A stretch of DNA of 61,985 nucleotides, filler included, from Streblomastix strix (taxonomy: Eukaryota): assembly GCA_008636045.1 (NCBI GenBank). It is 4 parts of 4 records of this genome, joined end to end, with 100 filler letters (N's around TTAATTAATTAA, not from the genome) between each part and the next. Parts side by side here need not be neighbours in the genome. Positions count along the whole stretch, not along the records: positions 31,059 to 46,472 come from SNRW01000987.1; positions 46,573 to 61,985 come from SNRW01000988.1; 2 more parts are not named here. One strand, written 5' to 3'. The position numbers and the translations under genes were made by a program. The notes beneath the pieces were generated by a model. That model was not told where the DNA came from, did not search any database, and saw nothing but the letters and a program-made list of their open reading frames with translations. This document shows positions 41,236-54,197 of this stretch, one piece after another (position 1 is the stretch's first letter; each line of letters starts with the position of its first letter).

Positions 41236-41815
41236 TCAAATTAGACAATCAAATCTTTTGAACTTTGAGTAACAAATTTTAAGATGCATGCTATTGATAT
41301 GAGTCGCACATAAAAAGTGATAACCAACATTTGTTTCATTGATATATAATTACTTAAATTATATCCCGTTAAATAAATAAAATATCTAATCATAGAAATA
41401 AAATTCATCAAATCAATAATTACCATACTCATTATCCACTAAACTTTCGTCATCAATATCATCAACACATAAATATTCTATATTACTTCGATGTATTTGT
41501 CCAATATTTAAATTATTTTAGCTAACTGTTATCCAGCGAAGATTATCAATCCAATTATTAGATTGTATGTCTATCTATATGATCTACTTATATCTTATTT
41601 TCTGGGTCATCATTAGGGATGAATTATAGTGCTACCAATCTAAGTAACTTATATGTACAGCCGTTTAATCCGACTTACTTATAATTTTCAGTGGTTTGAT
41701 TAATACTCGGCTCAAATCCGTCAAATAATCTTCTAAATCGCCATGGTTCTGTAGTTGTTATTTCGAATTCAGACTCAACAAAAAATCAGATAAATTATTA
41801 TTAATTATTAATCAT
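41236..41815 (-). pseudogene. HNH endonuclease (HNH_3 type), disrupted
   Basis: YKLLRLVALQFIPNDDPENKIQVDHIDR, a frameshift, then NNWIDNLRWITVSQNNLN...FYLFNGIQFKQLYINE...YSKFKRFDCLI*. In-frame TGAs present. Confidence 0.85.
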
Positions 41816-42530
41816 TTAACCAGTGGTTAAAAAAGATAAAAAATAAATTTTTCTACTAGAAAAATTTATTTGCTTATTTTTTGCTGGCTGAATTCTAGCT
41901 GGTCCAATTTTATCAATAAATTTCGAATTAACTATATTATTATTACGGTAATTAATGATACTATTATTGCGGAAGTAATCATTCATATTCTTCTTCTTCA
42001 TTTGACTCTTGTTCAATTTATACTTATTTTGGTTTTTATTTAACTTAATTTAACGCTTTCAATTTATATTTATATTTCCCATTCTATTTAATTGCTTCAG
42101 TGTATTATTATTTAATAAATTTATTTTCAGTTCGAAGTGAGATTAGTTCTTCTAAATCAAGTTGGGGATTAAAATATTTAATTTATGGCTTATTTTACAC
42201 TTTCTTTTTAATATGTTATGGTTTAGTTTATTCCTATTAATGTTATTCATCGTTAAAATAATCGCTTTCATTACTTGATTCTGAATCAAATAATAATAAT
42301 TATTTTTATTATTTTTATGGAAAACCTCTTGCTTACATCATTAATTTATTTTATGAAGCATATATTATTATTTTTAGCTCTTTTTTTCCATCTTCGAATC
42401 ACTTAATTTATTTTATATCACAAAAAATACCCATCATCAAAATATTCAGTATTTGTACCATTCTTCATCATAAATTTATACGATTACGATTTATCCATTT
42501 AATAATCAACATATCTTTTTTTGAATTTAA

Positions 42531-43198
42531 ATGACACAAGGAGTTGAAAAGAATTAATTGCTAATCTCTAAAAGTTAAAAATCAATGAAAGAATTGACTG
42601 ACCCAAATAATTAATAAAGATTATAGTACATAGCTAATTTAGTATCAAAAGCAATTCAAAATGAAGCTAGTTAGTCCAACCACTAGTCGGGCATTGTTGA
42701 AAGTAACTAGCTCAAAAACTAATCAGAACGTTAATTATAACGATAATTCAATAAAAATAAATATACAGATGTTGATAGAACAATTGCTTAAGTTACTCAA
42801 TAGAAAGTAACAGATTTATTAGCCCAACTACTAATTTAGCCATCAATTCAACCACTTGCTCAACCCGATAATTGTGGACAATCATTTAAACGCTAATTTA
42901 TCTCACCCTAGTCTGGAAATTATGAAATTTGTAGTCGATTGTATATGGCGAACTGTTACTTATAGAAATAAAGGTGATGATATCATTATATCATCTGATA
43001 ATTTATAAAATTTTGGTCTATAGTTATATAAGAGAAAGAGGATGATTTAGAAATTGCACTAGAAGAATCTATTATTGCAACTCACTCATGTTTAAGTAAA
43101 TAATAAAAAAAGAAGGAAATAGTTAGAGTTAATATATCAGGAAATCAAGAAATTATGTTACACTAAATACTAAATAAATAATAGCATGTAAAAAGATG
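42531..43198 (+). pseudogene. Hypothetical element protein, frameshifted
   Basis: MTQGVEKNQLL... is open for ~148 codons, then coding-like sequence continues in another frame to ~43198. No recognisable motif. Confidence 0.4.
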
Positions 43199-44071
43199 AT
43201 TAACGCACTAACAACTAATTAATTGACTAGCACAATTCGGGCTAATTTAAGTGAAATAATTGCAGGTGATATTGAAGCAACATAAATTAAATTATCTGAT
43301 AGTACAGATAAACAGATTCTATTAGCTAATGGTACTGCAGTTGATTTAGGTGCTAATGTTTATAAGCCAATTGGTGGAGTATCAACGTTAGAATACAGTT
43401 GGGTAATTACTTCTTAATTTGATGGCACAGGAACATGGCTTCGTGATGCACCGTTTTAGACATAAAAAGATAATGACTATAAAAATATAATTAAAGAGAT
43501 AAATATAGATAGAGACTGTATTACATTTAAATTTAATGGTCAAGAAATTGGTACTACATCTGCAAAATATGGAATGTTTCACGCAGGTTATTATACCGTT
43601 GGATTAAGCTAAGGATCATTAGTTTTACATAGCAGCGGCATTGTTTATATTGGTGCTTATCTTCATTGGACTTCATAAGGTGGTTTGACTAACATTCCGA
43701 TAACGGTGGGATATGTTGATGAGGAATTTATTTTTATAATTATCGAAGAAGATATTTTTGGCGAAATTGGTATAATTTTCAAATCGAATAACAAATCGTA
43801 TAATAAACGCGCAGAACTAAGCGAGTATAATTTAATTTCCAATTATGATTTATTGATACCAATTGCGAGAAACAATGAATATTTAGATCAACTAAACAGG
43901 GTAAATAAATATAATATTATTGTTCTTGGTGCTTTAATTTCGTCGTTTGAATATATCAATTATAAATAAATAAATTTTTTTGTTTAATCGAAACAATATT
44001 ATTAATCAAAAACATGGCTGTCAGAATTTGAAGTAAAATCAAAGCATTTTCATAAAAAGGCAAAGGATTGA
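43196..44071 (+). CDS. Fibre/spike-like beta-rich protein (291 aa)
   Basis: Open code-6 frame. GDIEATQIKLSDSTDKQILLANG resembles the G.ItAt.f.k..gt..QiLlAdG motif of phage tail-fibre-like proteins, followed by a Gly/aromatic-rich beta region. Confidence 0.5.
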
Positions 44072-44333
44072 GTTTGATTAATGATAAAGTTATGAATTCT
44101 TATTATAAACCAGTAGCAAACTTGATTGTACCTGCACTTGGACCAGTTGGAGGAATGACACTTAAGAAATTAATTTAGGATCATCAGCCATTGATTTAAT
44201 CTGTGGAGAAGGATCAAAATAAAAGGTGAAAGATAACATTGCTGACTTTAAGAATGATATGTATGTTTAGCAAAACTTACAAATTGAATCATTGATTCGG
44301 AGAATAAAACTTATTGGTTAAAAATTTAAATGA
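44014..44333 (+). pseudogene. Small protein with N-terminal amphipathic helix, disrupted
   Basis: MAVRI*SKIKAFSQKGKGLSLINDKV...KPVANLIVPALGPVGGM; TGA at a probable Trp position, plus a later frameshift. Confidence 0.35.
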
Positions 44334-44697
44334 TTTATAATCAATAAAATGTTCTAAATTAACGCTTGAAGTTAAATTCGTTTTTCTAAAAGTAATAAAT
44401 AATAAAATTTTCACATAATTTGTTCAAATCATACTAAATATCTTATTGCAAACAATGATCAGAATACAAGGTCAAATAGAATAATCGCAAGCGAGAAAAT
44501 TGAGATATAAAATAATTCTTATTTTTGCACTCACTTTTTCATTTAAAATATATTCTGTATCAATTTTTTAAAATAAATTTATATTTTTTTAATATTGAAT
44601 TGTGTTTAAATTAATTTTGAAAAATATCTTTTTTTTATTATAAATTGTGTTTTTCTCGTCCATACTAATTAATTGTTAGTGCATTGATTATATTCCA

Positions 44698-46472
44698 ATG
44701 AGTCTCTACATAATTAATGTGGATTACTACACAACTGAAGAAGAATTAGCGTAATACTTCTCAAAAGCTGGTTAAGTTTATTTTGTCAGTATTCCACTCA
44801 AAGATGGATTTGGTCGCGGTTTTGCATTTGTTCATATGTATACAAATGAAGATGCTCGAACAGCAATAAATATGCTCAACAATTCATTTTTTAGAGGTCG
44901 AAAAATTGGCGTTTAATTGTCAAAATCATAAAGTACTAATTTACCGCCTATTGGTATTAATTAATAATTAAATTCATTTATTTTGTATTAGATTATGAAA
45001 ATATTTTATTGACTATTTTTATTTTTATTATGATAACTTATAGAACCACATCAATACTAGATTGAATTTTCTGCTTAAAAAATTGAATAGATATTTGAAT
45101 CTAAAACATATTCAGAAATTTATAAAGTTGACCTTTTGAATTAACTTCGCTTGTAGTGTATTTAATCATTAAAAATAAATAAATAAATAAATTCTGAATG
45201 GAAAATACAACAAAACATATCAAAAAGACTTGGATAATGCACAAATTCTACATAACAAGCTCTATTGAATATTATTGAAATTATTGCTTATAATGGAGAT
45301 CCAAATATAGTTGATAATATTTATTTTAAGTTATAATAAATAAATTAACAGTACACATGGACTTCTGAACTTATATCAAAGCTAGAAGAACTTCTTCATT
45401 AAAAGATATCTGAAGATAAATAATAATAAATGAATTATTTCTCCGATTTAACTTAATAAATAATAAGAATCTATTTCTGTGTAATGAATGAGCAAATAAT
45501 TAAAGAAAATATATTTGATTTATTTATTGAAGTAATTTCAAAAAACATCAATAATCTTGTTGAATAATTGAAGAATAATGAAAATAAATAGAATAAAAAT
45601 AATTAATAATAAAATGATTAAAAGAATATTAATTAAATTTAATAAATTGATGAAATGATTAAATCAACAATAAAAATGATGAATTCAATTAAATGCATAA
45701 TTTCATATAATCAAGAATTGTTCATATAATCTTAATTTCATGAAATAATAAGTCAACTTTTTGATATGAATTGCTCTTCTTTATTAAATTGTCCACATTC
45801 CATCATTATTCAACTCACTACAAATTTATAAGATCTATAAATAATTACAGTTGATATATTTATTATTCTAATTTCATACAACGAATATATATATGATTAT
45901 CTTATTCAATAAGAAGCAATTTTTAATCGTATTAAGGCAATATTACCAAATTTCAATATTGAAGATACTTAACATTCTGAATATGAAATTATATAATAAC
46001 AATAATCAAATCTTTCATCTCTAAATTGTGTTTACTAATAACTTAATTTATTTAATAAAATTCTCAATCATCCATCTTAAAATATAATAACCTTTGTAAT
46101 ATCATCAAACATCATTGAAACTTTTATTAAATTAATTAATTATAAATAAATATTGAATATTGATGAATAAATTGATTAGATTATGAATTAAATAAGAATA
46201 TTAGGTATAGGATGTTTAGATTGCATTTAAAAGTATACTAATAATGCAAAAGATAAACTTATCAATTTTAATTATATTGGAGCTCTTGTATAATATATTG
46301 GAATTGCAGGAGGTAGTGAGATTGAACAAGATAAAGAGATCAATAAATAATAAACTATCATTTAATAATTTTATAATAATATTAGAAATAGAAAGAATGA
46401 TAATTAATAATCAAGTTCAAAATCAGAATATATTGTAATGCTTGAAGAATAAATTGAAGAAGAAGGTGGAAT
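44698..46472 (+). CDS. RRM-domain protein with long helical C-terminal region (truncated at contig end)
   Basis: MSLYIINVDYYTTEEELAQYFSKAGQVYFVSIPLKDGFGRGFAFVHMYTNEDARTAINMLNNSFFRGRKIGV contains RNP2 and RNP1 (RGFAFVHM). GT-AG intron at ~44955-45043, then an N/Q/I-rich helical frame. Confidence 0.85.
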
Positions 46473-46572
46473 NNNNNNNNNNNNNNNNNNNNNNNNNNNN
46501 NNNNNNNNNNNNNNNNTTAATTAATTAANNNNNNNNNNNNNNNNNNNNNNNNNNNNNNNNNNNNNNNNNNNN

Positions 46573-48448
46573 AAATAGCTCAGGATGATGAACCAATGAA
46601 ATATTTGGATCCATTACATTATACAATACCTATGACAGAAGCTGTATGGTAAATAAATTAATATATTTCTTCAGAAACATTTTCAAAAAGTACCAATTTA
46701 CAAAATAAAACAAAATCATTTAGTTTTCCGACAATTTTAAAACAGAACTAAGATCAATTAGATTATATTTTTTTAACTGGTAAAATTTTTGATTTTGATT
46801 ATATATTTGAATAATCAATTATAATATCAGATTCCAAAAGTTTATTTTCATTTAATTATTTTTCAGTATTTGCTTCAGTATTATTAATTTTTTCTTTATC
46901 AATTTGTTAGTCTGCTTCATTACTAATGTCATTTTCAATTTAAATATTATAATTATTCAAATTATCCAAATTTTATTTATTTCATTATCTTTCTACATTT
47001 ATTTTATTTCAAATTATTATTTTTCTGAATTTTATTCTAATAATTATTTATTTTCAATTTTCAGAAGGTTTTCTACTTCATGAAGCCTGTATTTAAGTTA
47101 TATATAATTAGCGTTCCACATTTATTTGGAGAGATAATGAGACCTTCCTTCTCGGGTTAATACATATGATATAATACTTTGATCTAATATTGTGGAATTC
47201 AGATAAAATCTTTAATGTACATTATTAGAAATTTGTAAAAGAAACTAATAGTATCATTGATCTTCATAAGTTGACCAATTTTAAAATAATATTGAATAAT
47301 AATTCTGTATTTGCAATATTAATGGATAAACATAACAATATGTGGGTGTATCAGCTTCAAGAATATTAATTGATTTTTTAATAAGAAGCAGTATCATTAC
47401 ATACATATCAATATTTCGAATTATTTCTAAGGTCATAGGATCATTATCATATATTAAAGTTTTCTGTTTTTCTGAATATATAAGCATGTCTAGAATTATG
47501 ATCCATCTTTTCTAAACAATTAAACTAATTTTTACTTTTTATTGTTGTATGATTCGTAGTACGCACCTACTGAATGATCGTAGCGGCTTCCTCATTTGAA
47601 TACATGAATAGTAAATAAGGTTTAAAACCTGAGCTGTAAACGAGGCCCCGTAAGGAATTGGTCGCATATTTATGTTTTATCCAAAGTTTTCTTCTGAGTC
47701 TAAATCAAATACTTTTATTTGATATCTGAGAATATCAGTTGTGATGGAAGAAACTCTAATTTTATTGCATAGAAGCATTTGGTGCGATTCTTTGATAAAT
47801 TTGATTAGATTTTCTTTAGTAACACGCCTTTTGAAACAAGAAACAAAAAAAGATTTCGAATTTCCAAAAGCTTCTTTAATTGTAGCATTTGATAATTTAT
47901 TTTGATACGGATTACCTTAGAAATCTAGGCAAAAGACCTTCAACCTTTATATCTTTATACTATCTAGCTAATAGCATACCAGCATACTTAATATCAAAGA
48001 TTGAATCTGAATAAACTGAACTAAAAGTTAAATGAGAACAGGATATAAAAACTAGGAATTGCATTGACACTTCTTCAAATGTAAATGTTTTCTGAGGTAG
48101 TTAAATTGGACAAAACTTAGGTAATGTTGATTCACATTTATGAATCAAAAGATCAAAGAATTTTTTATTACGCTTTGGTATATCATTAGGCATGTCGCAG
48201 CGATACTCTTTCCAAGCGCACTGTTTTCCGTTCTAGAATGTTTGACAACACATAAAGTAGTGTCTTTTGTAACCATTTAGATAGTTACCAAGTTAATCAA
48301 CAGGGTGGTAATATAAGAACTATTTATTGTGCGCTTCAATCATTTCTACCTTTTTAATATATGTTCCCTCCTCAAATGAATGTTGTACGTTATATTTAAC
48401 TTCTTTGATACAATTATTATATAATAATTTTGTTTCTTGCCCTTTCAT
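46573..48448 (-). pseudogene. Degenerate hAT transposase (C-terminus cut by contig edge)
   Basis: N-terminal HYFMCCQ...QCAW...HKC (BED-like), RVSSITTD, KRW, INILEADTPTYCYVYPLI and ISYVLTREGR, which parallels ICYAMSPCG of the contig-2 hAT. Frameshifted. Confidence 0.7.
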
Positions 48449-50819
48449 GCAGAATGAAAGATTCTTTCCTTATTTTGTTACTTTATAAATTATTTTTTCT
48501 TTTATCAGCGACCAAAATGAAATTTTCTAAAAATAAAATTAAGTCAATAAAAAGAAACATAGGAATAATTAGTACTAGTAAAATACATCAATAGGATTAT
48601 AGTTTTCATGAGCAATACACTTGGTTAACTACTAGAGGATAACATGAGACATCTGCAAATGATATCAATAATGATTTTAATAAAAATATGAAACTAAATC
48701 GAAAATATTTGAAATTTATTTAATAACTGTTAGTTAAAATAATTAAATATTTTTGGGAAACAATGATAAATAAATATATAAGGATAATTTAATAAATATA
48801 CATATAAATCGAAGCCTGTATAGAGCATAATATGCATTTTATTTAAAAAAATTCAATATTTAGATATAGTTTCATATAAAATCTTTATATTTTGAAATAC
48901 TTATGTTGGAGAAAAAATAATTAAAATTTTTTAATCAAAACTAATTTAATATTGCTATTAGTTTTAAAAAAATTTAATATTAAAATTTCTCGATGAATAA
49001 GTGTAGTTATTCAATAAATATTAAGAATTAGTTACATATATTATTTTGAAATTACTTTATTTGTTTTTGCACATATTTAATAGTTTAGTTCGCGAAATAT
49101 GGTCATTCCAAAACTTGGATTTATTTACATCATTATCAAAACAAAATTTCAAACTCAATCAATATACATATATTTATATATACAATTTATATACTTTAGT
49201 TGTAACTTTCATTTGTATAAGAGCTAACCAATAGAAGTTTGAGTAGGTAGTGGAAAATGTCGTTATGAATGTTTGGAATGCAAACGGGTGAAAGCAAGTA
49301 ACAAAAAAGAACCAGAAACATTCGAAAGAGACGTTTAAACACGAATAACTTCATATATATTCAAGAGCACTAAAAATAAGTTCAGTTTGGACTAAGTATT
49401 ATCAATTCTAATAATTGGTGTTGCGATATATGATAAATTATTGTTCAAATTTGAATTGATTTTATTAATTTACTTCAATTAATATTTAAAAATTTTTATA
49501 TTACATGTATAACAGCATATATTGCATACTTGTATCATACTATTTGAATGTATTCATTTCCTAACTGCTTTAAAAATGTCTTTATGCCATTTTTAAATCT
49601 GTTGATGTATTTCTTTTATGGTAATTCTATGAAAATTGTGTGGAATGACCATGTCTGTAAGTTGATTCGCTAAAGAACATTCTGAATTTCATGAATAAAC
49701 ATGATTGTAAATATTATTCTCTTTATCATTTCATGAAGAATATGTCGACTGAAAATATTTGATTGTAAGAATAGAATAATATATATAAATAAAATAATAT
49801 ATTAGCAATTTGATGAATAATCTATATACCAATTCCCTTGAGCCGCAATTCATGAGAATTGATTTTGGATTGTCAAGTAATACGACAAGTGTAGGAATTA
49901 TTCTAGATGCTTTCATTGTTTTTGTTTAAACACCAATTCGTGAGAATAAATCGATAATATATCCAAATTCACACGCGTTTTTAGCTGTCATTTTCTCTTT
50001 GTCTTGTTATGTAACTGTTTCATCTTGGACTGAAGTTTGTTAATAATTTGAATGTGTAAAGAAAATTATCAAAATTGTTGAATGAATCAATTTTATATAG
50101 ACAGACATAGTGTTTAAGCTTATATATACGTTTGAGAATGCTCAATCGGAGATCTTCTTTGCATTGCAGCTGCTTACAATAGATGCACTGTGTAAAAGCA
50201 TATGACAATTTACTTAACAAATAAAAATATTTAAATTTTAAAAATAAAATAATATTAAAAGTAGAAGAAAAACTAGGAATTGAATGGAAAATTTTAAATG
50301 ATACAAAAATTATTAGTTAGGTAAATTAAATTTGGAATATAAATAAGTAAATCATATATTGAAGCAGAATTTTACATAAAAATATGAATGAAATTATTCA
50401 GTTAATAAAAAAATGAAAAGAAATTTCCAAAACTATTATAGTGACTCATCAGAAGACAATATAGTCATTAAATTTTGATTCTGTTAATTGAAAATTGATT
50501 GATATGATAGTTATAAATATGAAATATACATTTATTCAAAATATTCAACTTAAATCCTTTACAATTCAAAAAATTCAATTTCTAATTTATAAATCATTAA
50601 ATCAGATGGGCATTATAGAGTTTTTAATCATCAGTCGATGAAAAATAAGCTTTTAAGCGGTTCAGTTGAGTTTAATTTAAAAATTGCTAAAAGTATAGTT
50701 TGAGATATAAGGACAAGTACAAAAATTTTCAGGGAACTCTCTTGTTTCTCAGTGTTAAATCTAATCGCACTAAATATTTTTACCAAATTCCATATTTTAT
50801 TATACGAGTTATGTATATA

Positions 50820-50980
50820 CTCGGAGCCCTCATTCGCGAGATCAAGCCAGGATTCTCCACTTGGACCAAGGTTTCTGGCCAAGAAGACATGCGTAATCTT
50901 CTATAATCCCAAAATCTTAACCAACTCTTCCTCATTCTTCAAATTCTTCGGTATCGCTTTCAAAATAATAAATTCATAAT
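50820..50980 (-). other. Possible quasi-RRM exon fragment
   Basis: FIILKAIPKNLKNEEELVKILGLQKITHVFLARNLGPSGESWLDLANE resembles hnRNP F/H qRRM (LRGLP...EEDI...GRPSGEAFVEF) and ends at a GT donor. No in-frame start found. Confidence 0.35.
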
Positions 50981-51080
50981 ATTAAACATTAAAAATTTCA
51001 AGTTTTTCATAAATTTAATCTTATTTATTTTTAATATTTAAATTTCTATTTTTCCATTGTATATTTATAATGATGTAAAA

Positions 51081-52061
51081 ATGATATTGGATTCTGTAGT
51101 AATTGACTAATTGATTGCAGGCATTAATCCAGAAACATGGAGAAAAAGAAGAGTTGGCTTAACTCCACTCGCTAATTATCTGAAACAAAACAATATCTAT
51201 ATTTCTACTCTCCTGGGCAATAAACCTGATGTCGAACTAGTTAATGCACTGGCATGGTACAAAGAGCGCGGGGGACCAAAACTTTAACAAAGATTGAAGA
51301 ATATGAAGATGCACTGCGGTGTTGTGCTCTCTCAATTCTCACAAATGAATGATATTAATAATTTATCATTAGTTAAATCTTATTCTAAAGGGTTAGGACT
51401 ATCAATTTAATCAAAATTTAAATTTTCTACCATATCGACTCTCCAAAATCTCTTTAATTACAACAATACTCAAACCCCAACATCTTCAAAAGATATTCAA
51501 CAGACAATAATAACTACGATCGTAGCTTTTTGTGCAGCACATATTACGGAGCTGATAATTATGAAACAATCTGAGATCATTGAAGATATGCACTCTATAT
51601 CACTCAAAACCCAAACTTCCAAAGTGAAGCACGTAATTTTTCACACAATTACTTTTGAAGAACGTAGTGGCATCTGATATCCTGTTAAAACATTAAGGAA
51701 ATGGATCCAATAAAGTAATATAGATGAAATTTCCGAAGATAAAATATGGTACAATCATACAAAACACTCACCAGCTAGTTCAGAATATTGCAGCCACTTA
51801 TTAGTAGTAATCATTAGGAGGACTGTAATAACACCACCATACACTGGACCAACAATTATCCACGCAATGATGACAGGATTAATGGCTGCAGGAGCAACAT
51901 AAGCTGAAGTGAATGCATTCATACGGCATGCAATCGCATTTAATGTAGTCGATATCTATTATAATAAACCTGTAGAACGAGATCTCGCTTCAATGCTGAT
52001 CTTGAATGAAAAGAGGAATATGAATTCAATGTAAACTATATAACTAATTTTAAATAATTGA
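51081..52061 (+). pseudogene. DIRS/Crypton-type tyrosine recombinase, inactivated
   Basis: AFCAAHITEL (canonical R changed to H), QTSK, I*YPVKTLRKW (CPV motif with TGA at 51675), YTGPTIIHAMMTGL (R changed to I), AFIRHA...VVDIYYNKP with the catalytic Tyr region retained. Confidence 0.85.
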
Positions 52062-52090
52062 AATTATAAAATTTAAATTAAATATATTTG

Positions 52091-52380
52091 TTGGGCATGT
52101 CTCGAAAACGGCCCAGATATGGCACGTTCGTCCCATTCAGCAAATATAATTAATATAGCAATATATGGGCCTCATCATAATCTCATTTCAAATACACAAT
52201 AAATATAAATAAATATAAAACTATACATGGACCACTTCATAAACTTATTTCATAAGTTAAAATATATCAATAATTTATTGGGCCACTTCAAATAACCACT
52301 TCATAAATCCAAATACATCAAAAAATTATCGAAATTACGCATGGGCCACTTCATATTATCATTTTAAAAATCCAAATATA
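52091..52380 (+). repeat. Degenerate ~50-63-bp tandem repeats with core TGGGCCACTTCA
   Basis: Core variants at ~52166, 52228, 52279 and 52342, with a weaker copy at 52092, directly downstream of the recombinase. Confidence 0.75.
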
Positions 52381-52726
52381 AGGCAGTAAAAAAGCTACAA
52401 ACCCTTTTCAGGGTGACCGCTAAGCTTACATTTGGGTGATATTTCTACAGCTGAAAAATCAAATAAAATTATATAAAAAAATTTTAAATTTTTTTTTATT
52501 AAATTAAAATTTTTAAGTTAATAATAAAAATAATGTTAAAAAATAATATTATATAATCTTTTTAAAATATAACTTTTTTAAAAAATTTTCATTTTCAAAA
52601 ATATAGAAAAAAATTTTTTTCTCAATATCTGCAGTATTATATTAAATATAAAGGTTATGATTTAGTTTATATTTAATTATAATAAAGAAATATATATTAA
52701 TGGATGATAATCATTACACTTTTCTT

Positions 52727-52779
52727 CTGGGTGACGGGTGACATGGGTGACTTGTCACCCGTCACCCATGTCACACCAG
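52727..52779. repeat. GC-rich palindrome of three GGGTGAC and three GTCAC(C) units
   Basis: CTGGGTGACGGGTGACATGGGTGAC-TT-GTCACCCGTCACCCATGTCACACCAG in a very AT-rich background. Confidence 0.9.
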
Positions 52780-54197
52780 TAAATCGTGTCACCGATGTAA
52801 CCCCAGGCCCGATTCCACGTACAGTTTGTTTTTATTACCCCAGACAGGTAATTTATGTGGAAATAACTTTTTTTCATTTGTGGTTTAATCAATTTTTATT
52901 TTAAACTAGAGGCTATGGAATGCTCCAATTCCATAAAATTAGTTTTTGTTAATTAACACTCGCTCTAATAAATTCATTGGGATATATATATATTGTTTAA
53001 ATTAATTTTATATGCTTCTTAATATTATACTAACTTGAATTTATTTGCATCAGATTAAGTATTCTGTTATTGAAAATTTTTTCAGCAATAATTGAATTTT
53101 CTCATGAAATTTAATAATAAACAATCTGATTTTAACTTATTTAGTTATTAAGTATTCTATGTTAATATTTTTGTTTATTAGAATATATTGTTGTACTCTG
53201 ATCTTAATTGTAAAGATACGATCAAGTAAAAATATTTTTGAAACTATTATTTATAAGTTTTTAAATCATATTTTTATATTATTTTTATCAATTCGGTTTA
53301 TTTTTTTATTTATATTTAAATTATAATAGGTTAATATAATGAAAACACTTTAATTTGGCTAAACTTCAGTGTTTGAGCAAAGTATTTGTTAAATTTATGT
53401 TTTTTTACGAATTATTTGAACGAAAGATATGAATATTTTCGTTTGAATTATATTTTTCAATATTATTTCATCTCTATTTTGATGTAAGATTGATTGATAG
53501 TCTTTTCATTATCTACATAACATCTTTTCAACTCAATGATGTAGTCATCTTTTCAATCTGCATCTCCTGGCCCGCATTTTCTCCAGCAAAGACTGTATTC
53601 AAACTAGCATCTTGTTAAAATATTAAATTTTATTTATGAAATATATATATTAAATTTCTTAAAAAAATATCAACTAACTGGAACAACTTAAAATCATGCA
53701 AAATTTGAAAAATAGATATTTAGCAAACTTTTTATATTAGAAATTTAAATATAAATTTATTAATAAAAGTTTAAATTAAAACTTAATATTATTTTCACTA
53801 ATTTTTATGAAACTAGATTGAACGAAGTTTTGAAAATTCATAATCTATACCCAATGAGCTATATATATATTTTAAATTTAGAGAAATTATTAAAACAAAA
53901 GGCACAATATTATACATATAATCTCATATCTAAAATTTTTAAAAGACTGATGGCGATCTAAACTAATATAATAAAAACACAAATTTCTACATATATATTA
54001 ATATTTATTGAAATATATGATTATAAAATCAAAAATTAATAAATTGTTTGATAATTTAAATAAATTTAAATAGTTTTTAATTTGTTTTAACCACACCCAA
54101 TGTCTATTAAAATATATTTAAGATATTGCAATTATTTATGTATCAGTACATATTATTGATTAATTTTCTATTTTTCTGAATTATTTTAGCATACAAT

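Larger units (their letters stand above)
31059..44340. mobile_element. Decaying Maverick/Polinton-like endogenous viral element (left part missing at contig edge)
   Basis: Dense, intronless gene cluster: pPolB C-terminus, two rve-like integrases, primase-polymerase/SF3 helicase, HNH endonuclease, fibre-like ORF and small hypothetical ORFs. Many premature TGAs and frameshifts. The right boundary is approximate; no TIR identified. Confidence 0.82.

Noticed and set aside
49250..50220. Possible minus-strand exon fragments
   Set aside because: No coherent gene model or recognisable domain could be built by eye.
52091..52380. Spaced repeats superficially like a CRISPR array
   Set aside because: Repeats are short and degenerate, spacers are AT-rich and resemble each other, there are no cas genes and the context is eukaryotic.
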